Source: Felis catus
Lineage: Eukaryota
Length of the DNA stretch: 64,000 bases
NCBI RefSeq assembly: GCF_018350175.1
Contig: NC_058368.1
Location: 106,766,001 to 106,830,000 of the forward strand
Direction: 5' to 3'
Both the position numbers and the translations under genes were made by a program. The notes beneath the pieces were generated by a model. That model was not told where the DNA came from. It was given only the letters and a program-made list of their open reading frames with translations, and searched no databases. This document shows positions 27,881-41,342 of the stretch, one piece after another (positions within the stretch are counted from its first letter, which is position 1; every line of letters starts with the position of its first letter).

Positions 27881-28289
27881 TGTATTGCAGGAATAAACCA
27901 ATAGTCGTGCTTAGAGTGAATTGGTAGCTGTATTTCATTCTACCTAAGTTTCAGTGATTGCCTCAAAGAATTTTTCGCCTGTGGAAGATAATGCTGTTTG
28001 GATTACTGGCAGCATAATTAAAATCCATTATAAGTCAACAAGTATATGGCATTATGACATATTTTATGCTCTCTCTTCTTTGTAGTTCTTATTAAAGGAC
28101 TTGTTCACTTATTATTTTCTTCTCATCCATTCCCCACACTAGTGTGTGAACTCCATGAGAACAGAGAATGTTTCTACGGCGTCTAGTCCAGTGGCTGGCA
28201 CGTGGTAGGCACTCAGTGAATACTTGACTTAAGATTAAAAGAAGTGGGTGTATGAAGGAGTTGGAGCCGCATTAAGTGTGACTTGTCAA

Positions 28290-28501
28290 TGGGCGGCTGG
28301 GTGGCTCAGTTGATTAAACATCTGACGTCGGCTCCGGTCATGATCTCACAGTCCGTGAGTTCGAGCCCCATATCATGCTCTGTGCTGATAGCTCAGAGCC
28401 TGGAGCCAGCTTCAGATTCTGTGTCTCCCTCTCTCTCTGCCTCTCCCCTTGTCACGTCCAGTGTATTTCTCTCTCTCAAAAATAAATAAACGTTAAAAAA
28501 A
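28290..28501 (+). mobile_element. SINEC_Fc
   Basis: SINE consensus; TSD TGTGACTTGTCAA at 28277-28289 and 28502-28514. Confidence 0.94.
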
Positions 28502-30282
28502 TGTGACTTGTCAAAAGATATATCGACCATAATATCCATCTGGCAGTGATGGAGCTCAAAAGGGAATGGCTGGTGTAGGTGTGTAATTGTGACTTGTTCC
28601 CAAGGGTTTACATGTAGCACAGCTATGACTCCTTAGAACTTAGCGTCAGGTGTGATCACTGCAACAGTAGGAGCTTGGCTTTGTACAGTCTGTCCTTGAT
28701 ACCTCCCTGATGTCATCTACCAACCTTGTTCACTCTACGCTCATTCAGGACCTTTAGACAATCAAAAAAGTGGGTTACAGTCTTCCTTAAATCTTCATGG
28801 CAAAATGAATGTTTTCAGGCAGGTACATTTTCATCTGCTGAAATTGGCATTGTTTTGGAAAACAAACTGGGCTGTTCATGGTTACCATTGTAGAAATACT
28901 TGGGAGGAAGTTTCAATTCATGTGGTAGAGAGAATTGATAGAGATGATAAATGGAAGACTTTCATGTTTTACAAAGTACCCCAAGTGTTAGACACTGCAA
29001 ATGATCAACCACAAGCATGATTTTGGTAAATTTTACATTATTTTCACAAACATTATCTTTAAAAGCTTTTAGAATTTATTTTATATTGTAGTTGGTTAAA
29101 TTTTCCTAATACCATTGTACAATATTTCCAACTATAAAATATCTGCCACATAGTACATAAATCATTTATATTTATGATCTAATTTGATTCCCATAAAAAG
29201 TATAGTTATTATTCAATTCTATTTTACAGATCAACAATTTAAGGCCCGTAGAAGTTAAGTATTAACAATTAAGTTCTTATACCTATCAAGAAAGAGTGTT
29301 AGGTGCAAATCCAAGCAATGGAGTACATTTAAACTGCTATGTTTTATTGCCTCTTGGGGAACTCAAACTTCTTTATGGGTTAAAATCATAGATCATATCC
29401 TGTGTTTGGACTCAATTCATTTCTTCTGCTACTGTGCCTGTATCATCAGGATTAAGAAATATCTTGATTGCTTTTTTTTTATTTTTCTAAGCTTTTTGCT
29501 CTATTTATATGTTATTTCTCACTATCCTACCTGCATGGATTTTTTTCCATCTCTGAAAATATAAGTGTTTGTTATAGGATTTTAAATCTATGTTTCTCAA
29601 TTTCCTAGGATGTTGCTTTGTTTTAAGCTGGGCATTTTTCAAGTTAAATTGAGTTTTAGATTTAGGTATTCAGAAATGTTTTCCTTTTTATATATTCAAG
29701 CTTTATATGTGTGACGCTTTTATTTATAAAATCAGTTTTTTCCTTGCTTCCACCTCTGTGTAATATGTATTAAAATTATTTTTAAAATAACACCAAAAAG
29801 AATTGGATTGCTGTGGTAGCCAAGGAAAAGCAATACCTCTGAGTCAGGGTTTGATTGGAGAACACTGACTGGAGGGGCGTGGACCCAGTGTTTGACAATG
29901 GTTCCACCTCTTATTCGTCACATAGACTTAGTCAAAACTTTTTTCTCTTTAAGATACACTGTATAGAACAAGAAGTTGGACTATGTTATCTTTCCAAGTC
30001 TTGGGGCTGAGAGAATGGACTTCTGGGACTCTAAAATAGTTTTATGATACAACCATTGAAAATCATCATTTCAATTGCAAATTAGTGCAAAGTGTAGTAA
30101 CCAGATAAATAGTGCCATTGAAGAGTTTATTTACAAATTCAGTTACTAATTTGATAAATATTGAATTCCAACTCTTTTTCAAGCACATATCTGTACACTA
30201 ATAATAGAGCAGGGAATGAGGAAGACCTCACCTCTCATGGAGCTTACATTTTTGGTGCAAAAAACAGGCAAAAAGTTTAAAA

Positions 30283-30349
30283 TTATTTCTTATTTTGGAG
30301 AGAGAGAGAGAGAGAGAGAGAGTGCGTGCACTAGCAGGGGAGAGGGGCA

Positions 30350-30404
<55 letters not shown>

Positions 30405-30525
30405 CCAAACAGCTCCACACTTAGCACAGAGCCTGATGTGGGACTTGATCCCATGATCCGGGCATCATGACCTGAGCCAAAATCAAGAGTCAGACACTAA
30501 ACCGACTGAGCCACCCAGGTGTCCC
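30283..30525 (-). mobile_element. Can-SINE with (GA)n, within an antisense L2 remnant (about 30140-31190)
   Basis: Reverse SINE consensus; flanks have L2 motifs (cctctcatggagcttacattt, gggaaggcctc..gaggtgacattt). Confidence 0.9.
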
Positions 30526-31412
30526 TAGGTAAAAACACGTATAAATACATTTTAGCAAATACATTTATAACATGTCAGTTGGTAATAAGTGTTTTGTAGA
30601 AATGTAAACCCAGGTAAGAAGGATAAAGAGTAAAAACTAGGAATGAGAGAGTGGGGATGATCTTCTTTTATATAGGGTAATCTGGGAAGGCCTCCTGGAG
30701 GTGACATTTATTTAGAGATCTGAAGACGGAGAGCCAGCTGTGCATTTATATCAGGAAGATTATGGAAAGAGACAAAAAGAAAGCAGAATGCTTGCCCTGG
30801 AATGGGGTTTTAGTCTTTTTTTAAGTTTAAGATGCTCATAGACATCCAAATAGATTTGGAAGTAGGTCCAGGATAGATATTTCTGTGGAAACCTCAACAA
30901 GCAGGTGATAATGAAGATGTGATACTAAATGATCACAACAGGAAAGGAGTTAGATAGAAATGAAAAAGTCCTGAGACTGAGAATTCGGTGATTACCGTAT
31001 TTGGAGATGAGGCACATAAGAAAAAAGCAACAATTAAAACTCTGAAGAAGTCTGTTGGTAGGAATGGAACCAAGAGAAAGTAAGATCACGGAGGCTCAGT
31101 GAAGACATTTTTCAAAGTGGAAATGATTAGCTATTCCAAAAGCAGAAGAGGGGAGTAAAAGGAAGTCTGAAAATATGCAGTTGATTTGTTTTTCCCACAG
31201 GATTTGGTTCTGTTAGTTGGAGCTCTTTGGAAACACCTGAACATATAATAAGTGTCAGGAGGAAGAACTTAAAAATATAAGGGAAATAGTTTTAAGTGTA
31301 GAATGCTGGATAATTTTCCTGGTTAAGCCACACACATACACCTTCAAGTGGATACTCATGGAGTCACCATATCAGCCAGTCATCCAGCCTTTGTATAAAA
31401 CAAGGCTCTTTA

Positions 31413-31648
31413 GGGGTGCCTAGGTGGCTCAGTTGGTTAAGTGACTGGCTCTTGATTCTGGCTCAGATCCTGATCTCAGGATTTGTGAGATTGAGCCCCA
31501 CGGTGGCTCTGCGCTGACAGCACAGAGCCTGCTCGAGATTCTTTCTCTCCCTCTCTGTCTGTCTCTCCCTCTGCCCGGGCTCCACTCATGCACTCCCTCC
31601 CTCCCTCTCTCTCCCTCTCTCTCTCAAAATAAATAAAGTTAAAAAAAA
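31413..31648 (+). mobile_element. Can-SINE
   Basis: SINE consensus. Confidence 0.92.
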
Positions 31649-32454
31649 GTCTCTTCAGAAGACAGGCTTCATAACACCAAAGGAGGTCTCTATCAGTCCT
31701 TTTATCACTGTATCTCTAGCACCTAAAAGAGTGCTCAATAAATATTTGTTAAATGAATAAGCGAATCAGCTAAATGATGGAATAAAGATTCTAAATTTTC
31801 ATTCATACAGTCAAGTCTTATATAATATGCCAAGATAGCATGAAGATAATCTAAATGTTATTCAGTGTTAACTCAGTGATTACACAAAAACCAGCCTATA
31901 AAGATAGTTTGTGTTTCACATCTTATATGTGAGTGAATCAGGCATCCTATGACCATCCCACTTCCAGTCAGTTGTATATAAGTATCACGCTGTCAGAGTG
32001 TGGACTCATACCAGCTTTTCAACCTGTGTGTCTGTGGTAGAATCTTAGAGACCACAGTAGTTGGTGCATAGTATTTGAGTTAGCCGGGAAGTATGTGAGT
32101 TATACACAAGCACGAGAGACTCCCAACACTACGTTTATGCTGCTCTAATTAGTAATGCAGATTTACCCTTAGGATATAGTAACTTACATGTGCAGAATGT
32201 TTAAGGGCATTAGGCATCTGCTGAGGCATAAAGGCAATGTTTAACTTGACCTCCAGCGATACTAGCTCACTCTTCGGACTTAATACGCTGACTTCTTGTT
32301 GGTACCTTTGGGCCACCTGGCATCTTGTGGCTGAGCCAGATCCATAAGAAGCAAGTCAGCCTAGTAGCTTCCTAAAGTCACGAACCCTGGCTCAGACTTC
32401 AGAAGCATGGCTGTTACCCAGGAAACAGTAAGAAGTGGCTGCATGAGAATTGCA

Positions 32455-32658
32455 TTTTTTTAAGTGTATTTATTTTGAGAGAGGGAGTGAGTGTGGGAGC
32501 GAGTTGGGGAGGGTCAGGGAGGTGGGGAGGGAGAGAGAATCCCAGACAGGCTCCATACTGTCAGTTCAGAGCCTCAGGTGGGGCTCAAACTCACAGACGG
32601 TGAGATCATGACCTGAGCCAAAGTCGGATGATTAACCAACTGAGCCACTCAGGCCCCC
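32455..32658 (-). mobile_element. Can-SINE
   Basis: Reverse SINE consensus. Confidence 0.9.
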
Positions 32659-34148
32659 TGAGTTGTATGTTTTGAGTAAGAGGAAGTGTGTTGAAAATTG
32701 AAGACCTCCAAGAAACATAAGGTTCTGACTTTGGTTTTGGAGGAGGCACATTGTGAACTGAATGATATACTATATGCATAGTATATCATATAGAAAACTT
32801 TCTACTCTGATAAAATCATGTGGTGACAAAAAAAGGAACAAGGAAAGTTCCAGTTTCATATGTCTCTTACATTGAGTTGATACGTCAAAGGCAATGGACT
32901 TTCTAAAACCTATCATGTGATCTAGTGAAGAGGTTGACGTTGAAAAGCGGTAACTTACAAAGAATTCTAGAAGACTGAGTGTCTGATTTGGCACTCTGAA
33001 ATTCCAGAACCAGCAGGAATTTGGACTGAAAAAGACATGGCATGAAATTGCCCTTGATGGCTAGTAATCATTGTGGCAACTAAGGTAGCATTATTGATAA
33101 ATGATATTGTCAACATTGATGAAGTTGTAAATTTTAAATCCTTCCTTCCTATGAGATCAATAAAATTATAATTTTAAAATTACCCAGAATTGATTCTAAA
33201 TGTTTCCATTCTAAGCTAAGCTTCATCTTCCCCTTCGGCTTCAGCCCTTACACAGGCTGTGAGCACATGAGTTTCATGGCAGCTGATTAGACTGCATAAT
33301 CCAGCTGTTTAATTTCTTTTCATAGAACTCATTTTTTCCTCTTTTTAATTGACACGGGCTTTTATTTTTTAAGCCCCTATCTTTGTAAATTGCCTATCTA
33401 CATTTTCACCCATTTTCTAGTGTTCTGTTTTTCTTGCCGAATTGCAGGATTTCTTTCTATAATCTAGGTGAGAATTACTGCTTACTTATTAATAGTGTGT
33501 TATTTGTGTGTTACGTTTTTACACACTGCCCTTTGTCTTTTAATTTTGAGGTGGACGAATCCATCAAATTTTCTCATTAATCTTGTGTTTTTATTTTTTA
33601 TTAGTTTCTTTGTTTTTCCGTCTTATACACTTTTTTCCCTACTTTAATTTAAAGAATTAACTAATTTAAAGAATTAATTTGAAATTTTAATTTAAAGAAC
33701 TAAATCCTTATATGGTACATTCATTTCCTTTTAGCTTAAACATTTCTTTAGCACCAGAAACACTTTGGGTTTGTTTTTCCTATTCATGCAGAGAATTTTT
33801 AAAAGATAACATTTATTATTTATACCTATTTTTATCACACTGCAAGAAGGTGAAATAGTGTAGATGATGCCAGTTCTTTAAAATGTACTGAAGTTTCCTG
33901 TTTAATGAAATACAGGATACATTTTAGTAATTGTTCCATGTGTACTTGAATATGTGTTCTTTAAAGTTTATTATTTGTCAGTAGGTCTAAGATGAAACGT
34001 ATTAATAGTATTCAGAATATCTACTTGTTTGCTTATTTTGGTTTGATAGCTCTGTTAGTCGCTGATGGTCATGCACTTAAATACCCAACTCTAACTGTTG
34101 ATTTATTTATTTCTACCTTTAATTCTGTCACTTGTTTTATTACAACTG

Positions 34149-34153
<5 letters not shown>

Positions 34154-34199
<46 letters not shown>
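34154..34199. repeat. (TA)n microsatellite
   Basis: Read directly. Confidence 0.95.
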
Positions 34200-34202
<3 letters not shown>

Positions 34203-34445
34203 AAACCTAGGACTGTGAGTAACTTGTTCTTTGAGTGTTCTGCAAGATGAGCAAACATTTCTAATGAATTTTAACTTGATAAATGAGGAAGTCTTGCAAT
34301 ACAAGTATGACGTGATGTAGAAAGTCACATGATCATAACTGAGCCAATGGTTCTTGAAATTCACTTTGATATACACGTGCTTTGGATTACAAGCATGTTG
34401 CCAGAACAAATTATGCTCACAAACCAATGTTGAGTTATATTACTG
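34198..34445. mobile_element. Tc1/mariner (Tigger-type) MITE abutting a (TA)n tract
   Basis: Left end tagtaaaacctaggactgtgagta vs reverse-complemented right end cagtaa[8 nt]aacattggtttgtgagca form imperfect terminal inverted repeats. Confidence 0.65.
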
Positions 34446-35099
34446 GGTATATACACACAGTTTTTCATCTGTTTGATCTGATTTATCTTATCCATTTTTT
34501 TATGACTTGTACTTTAAAATCTATTTTGTCTGACATAAAAACTTCTCTCCTGGCTAATATTTTCCAAACCTCTATCTTCAACCTTTCCAGATATAACTAT
34601 AACTCTGGATATGGATATAGAGAGATATGTTCACTAGAGAAAAGCAGTAGCTAGGTTTTATATTTTTCTGTTTAAACAAATGTAGTAGTTTTTTTTTTGT
34701 ATTTTTGTCAGCTAATTTAACATTTTTACATTTATTTAAATTCATTTTATGGGGATTTTTTGTTCTGTCAGCCTGTTTTATGTTAGTATTTCATATTTAT
34801 ATTATATTTTTACTCTACTCCTTTACCACTTTCTGTTAGAAAAACCAAAATTTTCTCTGCATTCAATAGTTGTACATTCTTTGTGCATTTTTATGTATGT
34901 CAGTAATTAGTTTTTCTCTCATGGTAAATAGTATTCCACTAGTAGATAATCTATTGTCTTTATTACCTCATCTCTTAGTAAACATCTGGAATATTAGCTA
35001 TTATTAGTAAGGCTACTCTGATTATTGTGAATGATTATTTGTGTAGACATGTTTTGTTCTGCAATATGAATATATTAAGACATCATGTATTAATACATT

Positions 35100-35306
35100 A
35101 ATTTACAAACTGTAGCCTGGTGACTGGCTGCCTATTTTTGTAAATAAAGGTTTACTAGAACACAGTCATCCCTATTTATCATATCTTCTCTTTGGCCACC
35201 TTCAGGTATGGTGGCAGTGTTGAATAGTTGCAACGGAGACCATATAGTCCATAAGCCTAAAATATATACTCTTTGGCACTTTACAGAAAAAGTTTGCTGA
35301 CCTCTG
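35100..35306. mobile_element. MER58A-like hAT-Charlie MITE
   Basis: tttttgtaaataaag.tttactagaacacag...aagcctaaaatat.tact.t.tgg..ctttacagaaaaagtttgctgacc.ctg matches recalled MER58A. Confidence 0.8.
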
Positions 35307-36041
35307 TTGTAGGTACTCTGAATTCTGTTATATTCCTCTAAAGAGTGTCTCTTCTCCCCACTCACCCACCATGCCCCCCCAGCCCCCCACCCAGAGAATT
35401 AAGTATTAGATTGAAACTGGAAACTTTGTCTTACCTCCTGTGGATAACAAACAGCTCATATCTTCAGTCAGTTCACTTTTTCCGTATCTGGGCTATATGG
35501 AGTGTGGTCCGTGTATGTGTGTGTCAGGTGCCAGCTGAAGACAGGCTTCTCTTTCTTCCTTTTGAGATTGTCCTTTCAGTTTTTGGCAGCTTCTACCCCC
35601 GCAGCTTTTGTCTTTACAAATCTAAAAAGACAGCATGCTTTCATGGTTGCTTTAGCCTTTTAGTGTCAGGCCATGACCACAGCCCACTGTCAGATCAAAG
35701 CTGCAAAGATGGTAAATGCAACTTGTACCAATTCCTTCAGCTCCCCTAAATGGTTCACCTACCTTTGTTTATTCTCCAGAACCACCATGAAATTGTTTTT
35801 TGTATTCTGTCCACAATTTATGGTTGTGATCTACAGGATGGTTGGTCTTTGGGGAACTTTACAGAAGGAGAGTCTTTTTTATCCTATGTGTCTCTTTCAT
35901 ACTAGGAACTTTGGGATCATTTTTCTTTCAAATACTTCAAATAGTTCCTTTTTACTTTTCACTCTTTTCTTTGGGGCTTCATTAACTACGTACTGACAGT
36001 TATCCTTTCTCTAATTTTTTTTTTACTCCTTAACTGTCTTT

Positions 36042-36248
36042 TTTTTTTTTTTAATTTATTTTTGGGACAGAGAGAGACAGAGCATGAATGGGGGAGGGGC
36101 AGAGAGAGAGGGAGACACAGAATCGGAAATAGGCTCCAGGCTCTGAGCCATCAGCCCAGAGCCTGACCCAGGGCTCGAACTCACGGACCGTGAGATGGTG
36201 ACCTGGCTGAAGTCGGACGCTTAACCGACTGCGCCACCCAGGCGCCCC
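36042..36248 (-). mobile_element. Young SINEC_Fc
   Basis: TSD CTCCTTAACTGTCTTT at 36026-36041 and 36250-36265. Confidence 0.95.
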
Positions 36249-37586
36249 TCTCCTTAACTGTCTTTAACACTTTCTGATATGTTCTGTTGAGGAGTCCTTT
36301 GCAGCTTGCTGCTTCACTTGTTGACTGGGCATGGACTACATTTTTCTCCATGTCTATTACTCAACTCTGCCACTAACAATCTTGAAGTATGTGGAGTAGG
36401 GGAGGTAAAAGAGAAAACATCAAGCTTATTCAACTACTAGTGGCCAAATCTTCTTTGTGAAAGGATAAAGTTTTTGAGATGTAAATAAGTTGATTTCTAG
36501 CATTGTTTCCCACTGCGAGCAAGTTGTATAACATTGGCTAAAATCCAGTTATTGTTGCTTTCCATAGTCAACATTTATTTAGACTTATCCTCATTTTTAT
36601 CAGTCTCTTTGCGCACCATTGTTTTTCAGTCCTTTCCTATGATATCATATTCCTTCTTGAAATACATCATTTAGAAGGTCCTTTTGAGAAGATCTGTTGG
36701 TGGTAAATACTCAGTTTTTGTTTCCTTGAAAATCTTTATTTAACCTTCAGTCTTGAATAAAATTTTAGCTGAGTTCAGGAGTTTACATTGACAGTCATTT
36801 TTACCCTCTTGCCACTTTGAATACATCATGTACTCACTTCCTTATGTTGATGCCAAGATGCTATCTTTGCCATTTTCCTAATTTTAAAAGAAAACTTCCA
36901 ACATTTAAATGTTTTATGATGTTTAATGTAGAGTTTCATAGGTGTCCAGTAATTGTGAAGACATTTCCTTCAATGGCTACTTTGCTAAGATTTTTTTCAA
37001 TGAGTGGATATTGAATTGTATTATTTGCTTTGTACCCACAGACACAAAATTCATAGATATTAAAATTATTGATATACTTGATTACATTCATCAAATGTTT
37101 AATATTACAGTAACTTGTGTTCTGAGAAAAAACCCACCTTGGTCATGGCATTGCATTTTTTTTTAATAATTGCTGGATTCAGTCTGTTAAAACTTGTTTA
37201 ACATTTAAATCTAGATTAATAAATAAAGTAGATTAATATTTGTATTTTCTTTTGAAATCCCTGTCTAGTTTGGATATCATAATGTGTGTTTAAGAGTGTT
37301 CCTTCTTTTTCTGTTCTCTGAGAGCTTATGTAAATTGAGAATCTATGTTTTTTGAAAGATTGTTAGTTTTTGGACCAGATGTATTCTTTATGGGAAGATA
37401 TATAACAATCAGTTTTAACTATTTTATGATTACAGAATAGTTCAGCTTCTCTGTTTCTTCTTGGGTCCATTTTAGTAAGTTTTTAATAAGTGTTTTAAAA
37501 GTATCATTTCATTTCATGAAAGTTGTCAAGTTTATGGGTATAAAGTAGTTCATGTCTTTTTATTTCTGTTTAAACTTGACATTATC

Positions 37587-37802
37587 AGGGTGCCTGGGTG
37601 GTTCAGTTGGTTAAGCATTTGACTTTGGCTCAGGTTATGATCTCACTGTTCGTGGGTTCAAGCCCCACATCAGACTCTGTGCTGACAACTCAGACTGGAG
37701 CTTGCTTCAGGTTCTGTGTTTCCTTCTTTCTCTACCCCTCCCCAGTTCATGCTCTCTTTCTGTCTCTCAAAAATAAACAAATGTTAAAAAACAATTAAAA
37801 AA
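37587..37802 (+). mobile_element. SINEC_Fc
   Basis: 17-bp TSD TTAAACTTGACATTATC at 37570-37586 and 37803-37819. Confidence 0.95.
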
Positions 37803-39861
37803 TTAAACTTGACATTATCTGTAGTTACACTTTCATTTTATTCCTAATAGTGGATTTTTTTTTGCTTTCTTTTTTCTTGCTTAATTTCCAATTTTATTAG
37901 TATTTACAAAGAACTAGATTTCAACTTGATATTATTCCTTTTGAGTCTTTGTTTTCTGTTTTTTTAAGTACCTCACCCCCCTTTCTTCTCTTCTACCCTT
38001 AAAATTACTACAGTGTTCTGTGGTGGAAAATAATATTTTTAAAAGTATTATCCCACACTGAATTACATTTGCTATCAAATACTGAAATTGTATTTTGGAA
38101 GAAAATTAGTGGAAGAACCAGAAGTTACATGTACAAGATTTAATTGTTACTTCCGTATGCATGCACTTAAGATTTTTTTATTTTAACATAAATTTCAGAA
38201 TATCTTAATGGAACTATTTGCTATAAAGAAAGATATGAGTATAGGTTATTGAAGATAAAATTTATAATTTTTTATACATGGGCAATTAATCTTCCACTTA
38301 AATAATTTCTTTTAAAACATATAATATTTTCATGTAAACATTTTAAAAGCCTACTTGAGATAAACATCAAAATTCCTATTATATGCTTTTAATGGTCTTT
38401 TCCTATTATGGAAGAATTTTTAAAAAAGAGTATTGTTATTTATTCGTTTTCTAGGAAAAGCTGAGGTGTGCATTTCTGGATTCCTGTGCAAAGTGTTTGA
38501 AGTTTTAAAGTTCTTTTCTTAATTGATACATGAAGTGGTTTCAGCAATTAAATTTCAAAAAAAATATTTGACTCCAGCCTAACACATGGAGTGTTTGGTT
38601 CTTGCCCCTTTTTATCTGAAGAAAAGGCTTGATACAACATAGCTCTCCTATCACACACATTTTCCTGTGTTACTTTTGACGGTTCAGTTTGAAACCCAGA
38701 ATCTGAGTCATTTTCAAGAATGAGGCTGTAATTTACTTACCAAAAGATCCCTGGACCGGCAGAACATAAAGAGTAAAGAGATCTCCTCTATGAGAGATTT
38801 ATTCTTCATGACTGTGCTTATCTTGAACAGCTGCCAAGTTTGCTTTTATGTTCCCACTGACTCAAGTGGGAATCAATTAGAGTACCTGCTGTTTTGAATA
38901 GCAGATAATGGGTGAAGGTCAGAATTTAGACCACCAACAGTGTTCAACAAGCAAGTATGATTATAAAATTACAGTATAGAAGATTTGCTTTTTTGTTCAA
39001 TATGCCTTTGTTAACTAACGAACTTGACAAAAATAACTCATGCTATAATACACATAAAGCAAAATTTATTGAATACACATGAAGCAGTTTTTCTTCGTTG
39101 GAAAATTCAGCATTTGATCCCATGATTATAAGACATCCTTCACAGTAAGGTAGTAAGGGGGAAAATTACATTTAGGAACTGTAATTCCCAGGTTAGAGAG
39201 CCATTCATTGAGATATAAATGTGTACACAAAAGTACATGATAAACAACCTGTTTATTTTAAAGAGTCTAAAATATTGCAAAGAAGCAATTTGATTTAGAC
39301 ATTGGCATTCTTTAAAATAAATCCCTGGATGAATTTTTGGTAAATGATACGTGTAAATAAAGCACTTACATTAAGCTGAATCATCTCCTAAATATAGTAA
39401 GATCTATTTGGATAAAATATTTTGAAGCAGAAAAATTATCCCAGCAGATAAAATAAAGTGAATAAAATCTATCCTACTCTTGCCAGACACTGTATAATTT
39501 TTAAGAGCTTACAAACACTTCAGGAATCTATATTTTTAAAGAAAGGAAGAATAGGAAAATAATATTTCAGGCCTTGTGACAAATTCAGTATTGGAATTGT
39601 AACTGACCTGTTTAAAATGTTCGTTTAAATATACCTTTTCCAAAGTATTTAATAGACTCGGGTCATTAGTTAATTTTTACTTTGCAGTGATTTTCAGTCT
39701 GTTTTGCATACACCATCAGCATAAGCCTCCTAAAATAGCCTTTTTGTCTTATCAACCTGCTGGACCACTGCTGAGTGGCCTCTTTTTCCCTCCAAATACA
39801 GAGTCCCTAGCCCTTCCTGGCAATCCATATCTGGTCCGTCCCTCTTTAAAATCCTTGTTCG

Positions 39862-40082
39862 GGGGCGCCTGGGTGGCGCAGTCGGTTAAGCGTCCGACTT
39901 CAGCCAGGTCACGATCTGGCGGTCCATGAGTTCGAGCCCCGCGTCAGGCTCTGGGCTGATGGCTCAGAGCCTGGAGCCTGTTTCCGATTCTGTGTCTCCC
40001 TCTCTCTCTGACCCTCCCCCGTTCATGCTCTGTCTCTCTCTGTCCCAAAAATAAATAAACGTTGAACAAAAAATTAAAAAAA
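39862..40082 (+). mobile_element. Young SINEC_Fc
   Basis: TSD AAAATCCTTGTTCG at 39848-39861 and 40083-40096. Confidence 0.95.
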
Positions 40083-40769
40083 AAAATCCTTGTTCGCTAC
40101 TCCCGTCCGTTACATGCCTTTTCCCAGTACACTGGTCTTCTCACACTTAACGTGACTGCGCCGTTCACATCGCCGTTACTTGTTGTCTTTATTGATCTGT
40201 TCTCTTCCACTTTCTTCTCCGTGTATCTGGACAGGGAGTAACACAGCCATCTTCACTCTACATTAATCACAGTTAAAATGTGGATGTGCCGTGTGCTTCA
40301 CTATGTCTCCGTGCTGGCAGTGGCTAGAGCTATGGCGTGGGTTTCTGACGGTCTTGCCTCCTGCATTTCTGGAAAGTCTCCTTTCACTGTTGCTATGTCT
40401 CTGCTGCCTTATCCCAGTATTTGTTATTCCCTCTAACTTTTCCCCAGAAAAAGTTCATTGTAGCCTGGAGATCTAGAACTCATTCAGAATGAGGTAAAAA
40501 TGACTGATAACAAAAACATACCCATTCAGAGTCTGCATTGTGTCAAGAGCTAAGGCTATGGGATTAAATAATCCTGTAATTTTTAAGCATAAAACGGAGC
40601 GTAAGTGAGGACAGGCTTTAAGACAGCAGGACCTAAATTCATACCACAAACGCTTCACTTTTATTCTTCCAGCCTGGTTTCTAGAATAGTATAAATAATG
40701 GTTTTTAGCTCACGCTGGTCTGTTGTGGCTACTTAGTCTTGCATAATCACATGCGGTTTTTAAAAAAAA

Positions 40770-40980
40770 TTTTTTTTAATGTTTTATTTATTTTTGAGAG
40801 AGAGACACACACAGTACGAGCAGGGGAAGGGCAGAGAGAGAGGGAGTCAGAATCGGTGAAGCAGGCTCCACGCTCTGAGCTGCCAGCACAGAGCCTGATG
40901 CAGGTGTCCAGCCCGTGAATCAGAGATCACGACCTGAGCCAAAGTCGGACACTTACCGGACTGAGCCACCCAGGCGCCCC
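40770..40980 (-). mobile_element. SINEC_Fc
   Basis: Reverse consensus; degenerate TSD ataatcac.tg.g.ttt. Confidence 0.93.
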
Positions 40981-41240
40981 ATAATCACGTGTGTTTTAAA
41001 GAAATGTAAAGACAATGAAACATATTAAACAGATTTTCTGTTCTTATGTATCAACATTCTCATCACTATAAATAAGCCTATGCTATTCAACTATAATTGT
41101 AAATGCAAAGTACCTAGAGCCTGTTTTTCTTCCAACAATTTCTTGTTATTCTGTCAAAGTCACTTTTTTCCAAAATTTATTGACTTCACATCAAAAATGT
41201 GATGCCTCCTCCTTATGAGTTATTGTGGCCTTGTTTTCAG

Positions 41241-41342
41241 CATCTTATTTGCACAGGGTTGTGGTGCAAGGTAGAGGGTGAGAAAGAATGCAGAACCAAG
41301 CTCGATCCACCCATGGATGGAACGGACTGTGACGCTGGTAAG
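41241..41342 (+). CDS. ADAMTS19: ADAMTS19 exon, disintegrin-like domain ([34 protein letters not shown])
   Basis: ttttcag|C acceptor, AAG|gtaagt donor; 102 nt, phase 0 to 0; C..LWC and DGT.C motifs. Confidence 0.95.

Larger units (their letters stand above)
33300..38000 (-). mobile_element. Patchwork of degraded antisense LINE-1 fragments, interrupted by MITEs and SINEs
   Basis: T-rich; L1 antisense hallmarks (ccttggtcatgg..tgctggattcag, ttttctgttctctg, tctgttggtggtaaatactcagtttttgttt); several pieces, boundaries approximate. Confidence 0.6.

Noticed and set aside
33645..33703. CRISPR-like repeat/spacer pattern
   Set aside because: Mammalian intron, three AT-rich copies with 1- and 10-nt spacers, no cas genes.
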